Numbered from the stretch's first letter, positions 1-13,904 are shown. The stretch: DNA of 64,000 nucleotides from Octopus vulgaris (GCA_951406725.2 OX597840.1:5394001-5458000), one strand, 5' to 3'. Notes: generated from the letters alone by a model not told the origin. A program made the numbers and translations.

Positions 1-84
1 TGCGAGGCCCAACATTCGAAGGTCATGCTTCACCACCTCATCATATGCCTTCCTGGGTCTACCTCTACCCCGGATTCCTTCAAC
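1..84 (-). mobile_element. RTE-clade LINE ORF fragment (C-terminal part, runs off window)
   Basis: Minus strand translates VEGIRGRGRPRKAYDEVVKHDLRMLGLA, matching the RTE motif EGxRxRGRPRKxWxxxVKxDL. Confidence 0.8.
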
Positions 85-278
85 ATGTATACACTTACTG
101 ACACACACATATATATATAGTCGTATATATGCATGTATATATTTATACACTCATGTATTTCTGTTTGTATATAAACGTATTCTGTGTATATGTGTATATT
201 TACATTTATGCATATACATGTATATATACATAAATATATATATAGTGTGTGTGTTTGTGTATAGGTATAGCCACATAT

Positions 279-688
279 GCGGGAGTGGCTATGTGGTAAA
301 TAGCTTGTTTACCAACCACATGATTCTGGGTTCAGTCCCACTGCGTGGCACCTTGGGCAAGTGTTTTCTACTATAGCCCTGGGCCGACCAAAACCTTGTA
401 ATGGATTTGGTAGGTGGAAACTGAAAGAAGCTTGTTGTATATATGTATATATATATATGTGTGCGCGTGTTTGTGTGTCTGTGTTTGTCCCCCTAGCATT
501 GCTTGACAACCAATGCTGGTGTGTTTATGTCCCCGTTACTTAGCGGTTCGGCAAAAGAGACCGATAGAACAAGTACTGGGCTTACAAAAAACAAGAATAA
601 GTCCCGGGGTCGAGTTGCTCGATTAAAGGCGGTGCTCCAGCATGGCCGCAGTCAAATGACTGAAACAAGTAAAAGAGAGTAAAGAGTA
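279..688 (+). mobile_element. SINE family A (tRNA-derived head, CORE-like cttgggcaag, internal TA/TG microsatellite, 3' gactgaaacaagtaaaagag)
   Basis: A-box-like gtggctatgtgg and B-box-like gggttcagtccc; many near-identical copies in the window. Confidence 0.85.
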
Positions 689-844
689 TATGTGTGTGTA
701 TATATATATATGTATGTCTATATGTATATATATGTGTGTGTGTGTGTAAACATATGTATATATATTAATAAATGAGCATGAAATACCGTGGCATGTTATG
801 ACCTAGCGTCTTTAATGGAGCAGCATAGAACAATTATAGCAATA

Positions 845-1740
845 GCAGTAGTAGTAGTAGTGGTGGTAGTAGTAGTAGTGGTGGTAGTAGTAGTAGTGGT
901 GGTGGTGGTGGCGGTGGTAGTAGTAGTAGTAGTAGTGGTGGTGGTGGTAGTGGTAGTAGTAGCAGCAGCAGTAGATGGAACATGGATCACTGTCAAGGTG
1001 ATGGTGATGATAGTGATGGCTGTGGTAGTAGTGGTATTCTTTCATTGTTACTGTGGTGATGGTGGTGATGGTCGAGTGGTGGTGTTTCCATTGCCACTGC
1101 TGTCATCACCGTCATCATCGTCATCATCATCACCACCATCATCGTCACTACCGCCACCACCACCATCAACATCAGCATCATCATCAACATCATCACCATC
1201 ATCGTCACTATCACCGCCGCCACCACTACCACTTCCACCACCACCAATACCACCACCATCACCACCACCACCATCATCATCATCATCACCATCATCGTCA
1301 CTACCACTTCCACCACCACCAATACCACCACCATCACCACCACCACCATCATCATCATCATCACCATCATCGTCACTATCGCCACTATCATCGCCGCCAC
1401 CACTACCACCACCACCACCACCACCACCATCATCACCACTATCGACACCACTACCACCACCATCATCAATATCATCATCACCATCATCGTCATTATCACC
1501 ACCGCCACCACCGCCACCACCACCACCACCACCACCACCATCATCTTCACTATTGCCACCGCCACCACCACCACCACCAGCATCATCAATATCATCATCA
1601 CCATCATTGTTAATATCACCGCCGCCGCCAACACCACCACCACCATCATCACCACCACTATCATCATCATTCATCATCGTCGTATTCATTGTCATCGTTG
1701 TTATTGTCATTGTCGTTGTAATTGTCATCGCAACAAGATG
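845..1740. repeat. Compound triplet low-complexity tract (GTA/GTG)n then (CCA/TCA)n
   Basis: Direct reading; explains the poly-V/P/S/H ORFs. Confidence 0.9.
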
Positions 1741-2017
1741 GTGGCTGAATACTGTTGTCATTGGCAACAGCTTCATTTCACAATCTCGGTCCATTCCATC
1801 TTGCTCCTTGCCAGTTTCCTTGACAACACTCATTCTTCAGGAGGCTGGCATTCTCAATTGCCACCACACTCCCTTCCCCATTTGTCATTTTCTATCTATC
1901 TGCCTGTCTGTCTGTCTGTCTGTCTGTCTACCTGTCCAACCATTTATCTATCTATCTGTCTATATCTATATATATATGTACATAACTGTCTATTTATTTG
2001 TCCATGTATATATATCA

Positions 2018-2067
<50 letters not shown>

Positions 2068-2199
2068 ACATAGATATACATATATGTACGTATATATGTA
2101 TGCATATACATACATACACACACACATACACACACATTTATATATTTAATATGCACATTACTATTTGTTGATCCTACTGATTACAGAAGAGTAACATCT

Positions 2200-2230
<31 letters not shown>

Positions 2231-2285
2231 CACATATGTACATATATATATATATACATACATATGTACATATATATGTACATAC

Positions 2286-2319
<34 letters not shown>

Positions 2320-2523
2320 TCTCCCTCTCTCTCTATATATATATAAATATATATTTCTATTATATTTATATATATTTATATATATATATACATATATATA
2401 TATATTATATATGTATAGACTATCTACCTATCTATCCGTCTATGTATCAATTCATCTAACTGTCTAATCTGTCTATATCTGTCCATCCATTTATTTATCT
2501 ATCTGTCTATCTATCTAACTGAG

Positions 2524-2556
<33 letters not shown>

Positions 2557-2585
2557 ATCTATCTATCTATCTATCTATCTATCCA

Positions 2586-2622
<37 letters not shown>

Positions 2623-2647
2623 ATCTATCTCTCTATCTGTCTGTCTA

Positions 2648-3300
<653 letters not shown>

Positions 3301-3537
3301 TCCATCCATCCATCTCTATTCCTCCATCTCTCTATCTCACTTTCTGTTTCTGTCTGTCTGTCTCTTTGTCAATCTCCCCCCCCCCCACCTCCCCATTTGT
3401 CTTTCTACCTGTATCTTCCAGTTACTTATCCTTCAACTCAGCTTCCCACTCCTCGTTTGTTCCACACCCACGGCCACAACCTTCATCCCCACGCATACAC
3501 GCATCCTACCACATTGCACACACATCAATCAGTCTCA

Positions 3538-3576
<39 letters not shown>

Positions 3577-3799
3577 AACACACACACACACACAGGTAAT
3601 AAGGCTCTGATTCTGGTGACATTTTGGGATGTGTGAAGTGCATGTGTGTGTGTGTATATGTGTGTATCTTCTTGTGTGTGTACGTGTGTGTTTGTGAATG
3701 TGTATATGTGTTTGAACTTGTAAATCGCATGCTCAGGTATGCATGTATGCGGTGTGTGTATACCTGTGTATGTGTGCATGTATGCATGTGTATGGTTCT

Positions 3800-5027
3800 A
3801 AATGTGTGTATGTATGCAAGTATGTATGTATGTATGTATGTATGTATGTGTGTATGTATGTATGTATGTATGCAAGTATGTATGTATGTATATATATGTG
3901 TGTATGTGTGTGTGTATGTATGTATGTATGCAAGTATGTATGTATGTATGTATGTATGTATGTATGTATGTATGTATGTATGTATGTATGTATGTATGTA
4001 TGTATGTATGTATGTATGCATGCATGTATGTATGTATGTATGTATGTATGTATGTATGTATGTATGTATGTATGTATGTATGTGTGTATGTATGTATGTA
4101 TGTATGCATGCATGTATGTATGTATGTATGTATGTATGTATGTATGTATGTATGTATGTATGTATGTATGTATGTATGTATGTATGTATGTATGTATGTA
4201 TGTATGTATGTATGTATGTATGTATGTATGTATGTATGTATGTATGTATGTATGTATGTATGTGTGTATGTATGTATGTATGTATGTATGTATGTATGTA
4301 TGTATGTATGTATGTATGTATGTATGTATGTATGTATGTATGTATGTATGTATGTATGTATGTATGTATGTATGTATGTATGTATGTATGCATGCATGTA
4401 TGTATGTATGTATGTATGTGTGTATGTATGTATGTATGCAAGTATGTATGTATGTATGTATGTATGTATGTATGTATGTATGTATGTATGCAAGTATGTA
4501 TGTATGTATGTATGTATGTATGTATGTATGTATGTATGTATGTATGTATGTATGTATGTATGTATGTATGCAAGTATGTATGTATGTATGTATGTATGTA
4601 TGTATGTATGTATGTATGTATGTATGTATGTATGTATGTATGTATGTATGCAAGTATGTATGTATGTATGTATGTATGTATGTATGTATGTATGTATGTA
4701 TGTATGTATGTATGTATGTATGTATGTATGTATGTATGTATGTATGTATGTATGTATGTATGTATGCAAGTATGTATGTATGTATGTATGTATGTATGTA
4801 TGTATGTATGTATGTATGTATGCAAGTATGTATGTATGTATGTATGTATGTATGTATGTATGTATGTATGTATGTATGTATGTATGTATGTATGTATGTA
4901 TGTATGTATGCAAGTATGTATGTATGTATGTATGTATGTATGTATGTATGTATGTATGTATGTATGTATGTATGTATGTATGTATGTATGTATGTATGTA
5001 TGTGTGTATGTATGTATGTATGTATGC

Positions 5028-5058
<31 letters not shown>

Positions 5059-5600
5059 TGTATGTATGTATGTATGTATGTGTGTATGTATGTATGTATG
5101 TATGTATGTGTGTATGTATGTATGTATGTATGTATGTATGTATGTATGTATGTATGTATGTATGTATGTATGTATGTATGTATGTATGTATGTATGTATG
5201 TGTGTATGTATGTATGTATGTATGTATGTATGTATGTATGTATGTATGTATGTATGTATGTATGTATGCAAGTATGTATGTATGTATGTATGTATGTATG
5301 TATGCAAGTATGTATGTATGTATGTATGTATGTGTGTATGTATGTATGTATGCATGCATGTATGTATGTATGTATGTATGTATCTATGTATGTATGCAAG
5401 TATGTATGTATGTATGTATGTATGCATGCATGTATGTATGTATGTATGTATGTATGTATGTATGTATGTATGTATGTATGTATGTATGTATGTATGTATG
5501 TATGTATGCAAGTATGTATGTATGTATGTATGCATGTATGTATGTATGTATGTATGCAAGTATGTATGTATGTATGTATGTATGTATGTATGTATGTATG
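3800..5600. repeat. About 1.8 kb (TATG)n array with recurrent CAAG/CATG/TGTG variant units
   Basis: Direct reading; source of the 600-aa YVCM/HTYI ORFs. Confidence 0.97.
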
Positions 5601-6237
5601 TATATACTCATGCATATGTATATGTATGCATGTTTATATATATGTGTGTGTGTGGAGCAGGGGGGGGGGCATGCATATATGTATGAATGACACTTTCTAC
5701 ACCACCACCATCACCACTGCTTTGACCACCACAACCACCTCAACAATGACCACTACCATCACCATTACTACTACTCCCACCACCACCACCACCACCACCA
5801 CCACCACCACCACCACCACCACCTCAGTCATTGCAAACTAATTCTTGTTTGTTGTACTTGTTTCACTGAAATAAAACTCTGTAAATTTCCAATATTTATT
5901 CTTAATTAGTGTTAAAGTAATTAAAGTAATTAACCAGAAAGACAGCTTAATAATTCTGACCTTGGCTTCTCTTGATAATAAAGCTGTTGTATATTTGGAT
6001 CTCACCGTGAATAGAGTATGGAAACAAAGTGTATAAAGGGTTGACTGTATACATAAACACTGTGTCTAGATGTTGACTGGATTGACAGTCATTGTGTGTA
6101 GATGTTGACAGGATGGATGGACATAGTGTGTAGATGTTGAGTGGATACGTAGTGACGGTGTGTACGTATTGACTGGATGGTTATACACAGCATGCAGATG
6201 TTGACAGAATTGATGGATACAGTGTGTAGTTGTCGTC

Positions 6238-6890
6238 GTCTTCTTCTTCTTTTTTTTCTTTTTTTCTTCTTTTTCTTCTTCTCTTCTTCTTCTTCTTCTT
6301 CTTCTTCTTCTTCTTCTTCTTCTTCTTCTTCTTCTTCTTCCTTCTTCCTTCTTTCTTCTTTCTTCTTCTTCTTCTTCTTCTTCTTCTTCTTCTTCTTCTT
6401 CTTCTTCTTCTTCTTCCAATCAAGACTCACAACATTAGCCACAAAGAATAATCTCTAATTCGAGCCTACTCTAAGCTACTAAGAATGAGTGTGGCAACTT
6501 GAAGATCCACCCACCACACGCGATAGACTGGCGGTTGCACGGGCGCGAAAGCTACGTTGTTATCCTCATTCCGTAAATGGTGGCTTTTAACAGGTGGAGA
6601 GCTGAACCATCCTGAGGTACTGAGGATTCGCAATCTAGACTAGGGTCTGAAAGTTTACCACACCATAGGGGGTTACACCATGGTTCCTCTGCTTTGTGGA
6701 AGAAGTAGGAAGAAAGAGTGAGAGAAAGTTGTGGTGAAAGAGTACAGCGGGGTTCACTACCCTCCCCCGCCGGAGCCTCATGGAGCTTGGGTGTTTTTGC
6801 TCAATAAACACAATGCCCGGACCGGGAATCGAAACTGCATTTTCATGACTGTGAGTCTGCTGCCCTAACCACGGGGCCATTGTGCCTCCA
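6238..6890 (-). mobile_element. SINE family B (tRNA head tggaggcacaatggcc) with alternative tail ending in (GAA)n
   Basis: 6710-6890 is the reverse complement of the family B head/body at 8096; unique tail 6417-6700 abuts (TTC)n. Confidence 0.75.
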
Positions 6891-7056
6891 CATGTGTAGT
6901 TGTTGACAGGGTGGATAGACATTGTGTTGATGTTGGCTGGATTGATAGAAATTGTGCAATAGAAATTATGTGTAGATGTTCACAGGATAGATAGATCTAC
7001 AGTGTGTAGATGGTAGCAGGATTGATAGACTCTGTGTGTAGATGTTGGATTGATAT

Positions 7057-7910
7057 GTTTCTTTATTAGCCACACGGGGCCGTACACAGACGGGACAGAT
7101 TACAAAGTAGAGCTTTTCTTTTGTGGGAAGAGAAAAAAAATTTTTTTTAATTAAAAAAAAGGGTGGGTTAGGTTTTCGATCAAAAGGGATCGTAAAAGGG
7201 AAAGAAGAAAAGAAAAAAAAGGGAAAAAAAGGGGGGGAAACAACGATCAATAGGGATCATGTATCACAGTGTCATGGTGTAAAATGTAAAGGGGGAAGCA
7301 GATAAGGTTTATCCGTGGGAAGAAAAGCCTACGGAAAAGACCACGGTAACCTCGGTCAATGATGTTACATGTTTCCAAGATAGATACAGTGAACAGGAGT
7401 AGATTGACACTGTGTAGATAAAACTGAGAAGGAATGTACAAAGAAGAAAAGGGAAAAAAGGGGGGAAAAAAACGATTAGTAGGGATCATGTATCACAGTG
7501 TCATGGTGTAAAATGTAAAGGGAAAAGTAGATAAGGTTTATCTGTGGGAAGAAAAGCCTATGGAAAAGACTACGGTAACCTCAGTCAATGATGTTACATG
7601 TTACCAAGATAGATACAGTGAACAGGAGTAGATTGACACAGTGTGTAGATAAAACTGAGAAGGAATGTACAAAGAAGAAAAGAAAAAAAAGGGAAAAAAG
7701 GGAAAAAAAAAACGATCAATAGGGATCATGTATCACAGTGTCATGGTGTAAAATGTAAAGGGGGAAGCAGATAAGGTTTATCCGTGGGAAGAAAAGCCTA
7801 CGGAAAAGACTACGGTAACCTCGGTCAATGATGTTACATGTTTCCAAGATAGATACAGTGAATAGGAGTAGATTGACACAGTGTGTAGATAAAACTGAGA
7901 AGGAATGTAT
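7057..7910 (-). repeat. Family E element with triple tandem duplication (about 230-240 bp unit)
   Basis: agggatcatgtatcacagtgtc recurs at about 7252, 7481 and 7721 with near-identical flanks. Confidence 0.9.
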
Positions 7911-8095
7911 ATGCTGTCTGGGTCAATAGACAGTTGTTGATGTCTGGATGAATGGACAGAATATGTAGTTGTTGACTAGACAGAGTGCATAGATGTTGAC
8001 TGGTTATATAGACACAGTGTGCAGACATCAATGGGATAGGCACACTGTGGATGTTAACTGAATAGATATACAGTATTGGTGTCTATAGGATAGAG

Positions 8096-8480
8096 TGGAG
8101 GCGCAATGGCCCAGTGGTTAGGGCAGTGGACTCGCGGTCATAGGGTCGCGGTTTCGATTCCCAGACCGGGCGTTGTGAGTGTTTATTGAGCGAAAACACC
8201 TAAAGCTCCACGAGGCTCCAGCAGGGGATGGTGGTGATCCCTGCTGTACTCTTTCACCACAACTTTCTCTCACTCTTACTTCCTGTTTCTGTTGTACCTG
8301 TATTTCAAGGGGCCGGCCTTGTCACTCTCTGGGTCACGCTGAATATCCCCGAGAACTACGTTAAGGGTGCACGTGTCTGTGGAGTGCTCAGCCACTTACA
8401 CGTTAATTTCATGAGCAGGCTGTTCCGTTGATTCGGATCAACTGGAACCCTCATCATCGTAACCGATGGAGTGCTTCCAC
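8096..8480 (+). mobile_element. SINE family B, tail type 1
   Basis: A box tggcccagtggttag, B box gtttcgattcc; tail shared with 24202-24400(-) and 50490-50660(+). Confidence 0.85.
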
Positions 8481-8710
8481 ATTATAGGATAGAGAGGGAG
8501 ACATCAATTTGACATCATGACAGACTAAGGGAGAAGTCACTGAAAAAGGCGCAAATGGTAACAAAAAAACATTGATAAATAAAACAAAAAAACTAAGAAA
8601 AGGGCTGAGTGTTTAATCAGCGAATTAAACAAACGATTGATTAGTTACCTGGATAGGTATTTAACTAATTGAGTAACAAAGGAGTGGAATTGAGCCAGTG
8701 TCTTATAGAT

Positions 8711-9130
8711 ACCTATTTCTTTATTGCCCACAAGGGGCTAAACACAGAGAGGACAAACAAGGACAGACAAACGGATTAAGTCGATTACATCGATCCCAGT
8801 GCGAAACTGGTACTTTATTTATCGACCCCGAGAGGATGAAAGGCAAAGTCGACCTCGGCGGAATTTGAACTCAGAACGTAAAGACAGACGAAATACCTAT
8901 TTCTTTACTACCCACGAGGGGCTAAACACAGAGAGGACAAACAAGGACAGACAAACGGATTAAGTCGATTACATCGACCCCAGTATGTAACTGGTACTTA
9001 TTTAATCGACCCCGAAAGGATGAAGGGCAAAGTCAACCTTGGCGGAATTTGAACTCAGAACGTAGCGGCAGACGAAATACCACTGAGCATTTCGACCGGC
9101 GTGCTAATGTGTCTACCAGCTCGCCGCCTT
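8711..9130 (-). mobile_element. SINE family D (MetaSINE-like), full copy plus tandem partial copy
   Basis: Minus strand: tRNA head ggcggcgagctgg..gagttcaaattcc, then a cttcatcctttcggggtcgat..aataagtaccag Meta-domain-like segment; second unit 8711-8893. Confidence 0.8.
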
Positions 9131-9427
9131 TGTGTCTAGATACTGGCATGATGATTCTCTAGACACAGGAAAATTCATTTCAACCCACAAATGCTCAGAA
9201 AGAATTTTGCAAACCAAATATAAAAGTGATTTACATTTTTATATGTTATAAAATAGAGAAGATCTATTAACATTTGAGGGGAGACCCCTTACAATTCAAT
9301 CTTAATAGCACAGACAGGTTAGCAGTAGACTCTGTAACTGTATTATGGATATGACGATGTTAAGGTTACTATGCAGGTGTGTAGTTGCTGCCTATGTTTG
9401 ATATATATATGTATATATATATATGTG

Positions 9428-9461
<34 letters not shown>

Positions 9462-9624
9462 GGCGTAGGAGTGACTGTGTGGTAAATAGCTTGCTTACCA
9501 ACCATATGGTTCCGCGTTCAGTCTCATTGCATGGCACCAAGGGCAAGTGTCTTCTACTATATCCTCAGGCCGACCAAAGCCTTGTGAGTGGAATTGGTAG
9601 GTGGAAACTGAAAGAAGCTCATCG

Positions 9625-9667
<43 letters not shown>

Positions 9668-9896
9668 CTGTGTGTGTCTGTGTTTGTGTGTCTGTGTTTG
9701 TCCCCCCCCCCCACATTGCTTGACAACCAATGCTGGTGTGCTTACGTCCCTGTAACTTAGCGGTTCGGCAAAAGAGACTGATAGAACAAGTACTAGGCTT
9801 ACAAAGAATAAGTCTTGTGGTCAATTTCCTCGACTAAAGGCGGTGCTCCAGCATGGTTACAGTCAAATGACTGAAACAAGTAAAAGAGTAAAGGGT
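9462..9896 (+). mobile_element. SINE family A
   Basis: Full-length match to the other family A copies. Confidence 0.9.
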
Positions 9897-10014
9897 ATAT
9901 ATATATATATGTATGTATGTATGTGTAGATATATATAGATATGTATGTAGATATATATGAATATATACATATATATGCATACAAATATACATATATATAT
10001 ACACACACATATAT

Positions 10015-10114
10015 ACTCTTTACTCTTTTACTTGTTTCAGTCATTTGACTGCGGCCATGCTGGAGCACCACCTTTAGTCGAGGAAATCGACCACAAGACT
10101 TATTCTTTGTAAGC
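10015..10114 (-). mobile_element. Inverted 3' fragment of family A
   Basis: Near reverse complement of 9797-9896, including its private variants. Confidence 0.85.
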
Positions 10115-10675
<561 letters not shown>

Positions 10676-10849
10676 TCTGGAGCTAGATTGGGAGATGTAT
10701 AGTTAGAAAGTGATATAGATGGAACATAGATAAATTGATAGAGAGATAAATAGATAGAGACAGGGAGGCACCTGTATATTTTAGAGACACAAAGATAGAT
10801 AAGTGGGCTAGCTGTATCTATAGCATGTACTAATTAATTATGTTTTTAA

Positions 10850-11195
10850 TTACACTGCAATAACAAAGTTGCCTGCATAGTTGCTTCCTTGTAAAAGTTG
10901 CCTAGCTACGCGTGTCTTTTCTTGTCTCTTTGCCAAGTTGAAGTCTGCAATGTGACCATATTGCGTATAGCTGGCTATCTTGCGACGTCGCTGCGCATCA
11001 GATTGGTCGATCGACACGCAATTTGATATATGCGTGCGTGAAGCCTGCATGCTGGCACGCTTGATGCACGGTCGGACGGCTGGTCGGCCGTTAGGCAGGC
11101 AAGCAAGCAGAGCCGGCTGGCTGGCTGGCTGGCTGGCTGGCTCTGGCTTTCAGGCAGGCAGGTTCCCAATCATGTGCGTAACTGGCAGGCTGCGA
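10850..11195. promoter_or_regulatory. CpG-rich unique island, candidate cis-regulatory element
   Basis: No second copy seen, CpG-dense; gattgg and cccaatca CCAAT-type motifs, cgacgtcg palindrome. Confidence 0.3.
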
Positions 11196-11369
11196 TGTGT
11201 GTGTGTGTGTGTGTGTGTGCATGTGGAGTGCATGTGTATGTGTGTGTATGTGTGTGTATGTGTGTGTGCATACTGTTTGATTACCTTGCTGTATTCAGCC
11301 AACGCTGCTGAGAATGAGATTGGGCATTACTTCCTGTGTGTGTGCATGCATGTGTGTGCATGTGTGCGT

Positions 11370-11680
11370 AAGTACCGGCTTCCTAATCACATGGTTCTGG
11401 GTTCAGTCCCACTGCGTGGCACCTTGGGCGCGTGTCTTCTAATATAGCCGCAGGCTGACCAGAACCTTGTCAGTGGATTCGGTAGAGGGAAACTGAAAGA
11501 AGCCTATATGCACATATGTATGTGCGTGTATATACACACACACACACACATACACACACACATGTATATAGGAGCAGATGTGACTGTGTGTTAAGAAGCT
11601 TGCTTCCCAGTGATATGGTTCTGAGTTCAGTCCCAGTGCATGAGACCTTGGACCCTGGACAAGTGTCTTCTACTATAGCG
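11370..11680 (+). mobile_element. Two 5' fragments of SINE family A
   Basis: catggttctgggttcagtcccactgcgtggcacc (11370-11505) and a second head 11571-11680. Confidence 0.75.
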
Positions 11681-11777
11681 TCAGACAGATACAAGGACAT
11701 ACGTACATATATATATATACATGTATATATGTAAATGTGTATATATACATATATATATATATTTATTTTATAGAAGG

Positions 11778-11828
11778 AGCTTCTACAGGACTAGAACTGT
11801 TTCATTCAAATGAAATCATCAGGAAGCT
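11778..11828 (-). ncRNA. Type I hammerhead ribozyme motif
   Basis: Minus: agcttc CTGATGA t-ttc-attt-gaa-t GAAA cag-ttctagtc-ctg TA gaagct; stem I 6 bp, GUA triplet; within an AT-rich element 11762-12020 flanked by (TA)n. Confidence 0.8.
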
Positions 11829-12020
11829 TGCTGTCAAAATAAGTTTTGGCATTTATACATTTAGGCAGATTTAATGGGGTGGTGGTGGGGGACTTTTTTG
11901 GGTAAGCAGGGCACAAACTGTCTTTCTTAGGGGAGTGGTCAAAAGAATCAGTGATAAAGTAGATAAATGAATAAATAGAATATTAGAATAGAGTTTTAGG
12001 TAAATAAGAAGACTATCGCT

Positions 12021-12055
<35 letters not shown>

Positions 12056-12157
12056 ACATACATACACACACACATATATACATACACACACATATATATA
12101 TATACAAATACACATACACATACATGCCAACATGCAAGCACACGCACACATATATCT

Positions 12158-12231
<74 letters not shown>

Positions 12232-12259
12232 CTATATATATATGTGTATGTGTATAAAT

Positions 12260-13050
12260 GACAGACTTTCAGTTTCTTTCCGTCATATCTACTCACAATG
12301 CTTTAATTGGCCAGAGGCTCTAGTAGAAGACACCTGCTCAAGGTAACATATGGTGGGACTGAACCCAGGACCATGTGGTTGAGAAACAGACTTGCTACCA
12401 CACAGCCACACCTGCACCAGTATATGCATATATATGTTTTTATACACACACACACACACACACACACATGCTTTTATCATATCCATCTCTCCATCCATTA
12501 TTCTATCTATGTAAAACCATCATTATCATCATCATTTTAATTTCCACTTTTCTACACACGTATGGATCGGACTGGATTACCTGAGACGGATATCCTAAAC
12601 CCGGATGCCTATCCTGCCATCAGACCTCACCTGTTTTCTGAACCAGGTAGTATTTAATCATTGCCAGAAGAATGGAAATGATTGACATTACTTGTAAGAC
12701 TATGGTACAGATCCATAACCATAGAGAGGTGTCAAGACAACAACACACACACACATGCACAAACACACACATGCACACACAGACACACACATGCACAAAC
12801 ACACACACACACACACATGCAGATATGTCTTATATCTTTCATCATTGGTTTGTTTCAATCATCAAATTGCGGTCATGCTGGAGCACCACCTGGAAGGGTT
12901 TTAGTTAAGAAACTCGATTCTAGTGTTTCTTTCTTCTTTTCTTTTGTAAGCATGGAACTACTTGTATTGGCGACCTTTTGCCAAACTACTAAATTAATGG
13001 GATGTAAACAAACCAGCACCGGTTGTCATGGGTTGGTGGGAGACAAACAG
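12260..13050 (-). mobile_element. Degenerate family A halves (12260-12418, 12850-13050) and family C-like fragment (12520-12620)
   Basis: Diverged reverse-complement matches to the family consensus seen elsewhere in the window. Confidence 0.6.
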
Positions 13051-13161
13051 AGACACACGCAGTCTCATATACAAATACACAAAAGCACACACATGCACAT
13101 ATATACACACACATACATATATATATATGCATACATGAATAAAATTTATACATACACGTGC

Positions 13162-13194
<33 letters not shown>

Positions 13195-13204
13195 TTTAAC
13201 AAAA

Positions 13205-13242
13205 CTGTCCTACGAACGGGAACATGAAACTCCAAGTAACAG
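13205..13242 (+). ncRNA. Degenerate hammerhead (core decayed to CCTACGA)
   Basis: ctgt cctacga..GAAA ctc caag TA acag; homologous, with its 3' flank, to 38543-38610. Confidence 0.55.
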
Positions 13243-13283
13243 GTTCTGTTGAATTTCTGCTGCTTTTAAATAAATTATATATC

Positions 13284-13401
<118 letters not shown>

Positions 13402-13467
13402 TCCTGGGTTGAGTCGGGGTTAACCACAGTAAATAAGGTACTCAATACATAGCAGAGTAAATTAATT

Positions 13468-13587
13468 TATTTTATAGAAGGAGCTTCTACAGGACTAGAA
13501 CTGTTTCATTCAAATGAAATCATCAGGAAGCTTCCTGATGATTTCATTTGAATGAAACAGTTCTAGTCCTGTAGAAGCTCCTTCTAT

Positions 13588-13593
<6 letters not shown>
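13468..13593. repeat. Perfect 126-bp zero-loop palindrome centred on aag|ctt
   Basis: 63-bp arms checked base by base. Confidence 0.95.
13529..13579 (+). ncRNA. Type I hammerhead ribozyme (mirror copy on minus strand at 13482-13532)
   Basis: agcttc CTGATGA tttcatttgaat GAAA cag ttctagtc ctg TA gaagct. Confidence 0.8.
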
Positions 13594-13631
<38 letters not shown>

Positions 13632-13633
<2 letters not shown>

Positions 13634-13885
13634 CATTAGAAAGGACATCCAACTGTATCAAATCAGTTTGGAATTTGGAGAAGCCCTCCAGCTTATCAGT
13701 TCCGGTCAAACCATCTAACCCATGCCGGCATGGAATGTGGACATTAAATGATGATGATGATAATGGTGATGATTATAATATATATAGATCATCATTATCA
13801 TCATCATCATCATCATCATCGTTTAACATCCGCTTTCCATGCTACCATGGGTTGGACGATTTGACTGAGGACTGGCAAACCAGAT
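13632..13885. mobile_element. Family C (RTE-related SINE-like, (GAT)n tail) fragments, tail to tail
   Basis: + copy 13632-13772 ending aaatgatgatgat; - copy 13790-13885. Confidence 0.65.
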
Positions 13886-13904
13886 GGCCTGAAATTTAGT
13901 GGGC

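Noticed and set aside
1810-1845. Minus CTGAAGA..GAAA
   Set aside because: No cleavage triplet or stem I; chance match.
788-2149. 453-aa V/P/S-rich ORF and overlapping ORFs
   Set aside because: Triplet microsatellite translation open in most frames; no domain and no ATG start.
3506-5841. Six 600-690 aa ORFs
   Set aside because: (TATG)n has no stop codons in any frame; the peptides are YVCM/HTYI repeats.
7241-7910. Possible CRISPR-like array
   Set aside because: Whole units are repeated with no unique spacers, in a eukaryotic context with no cas genes.
8096-8170. Functional tRNA genes at SINE heads
   Set aside because: No complete acceptor stem; each continues into a repeated SINE body.
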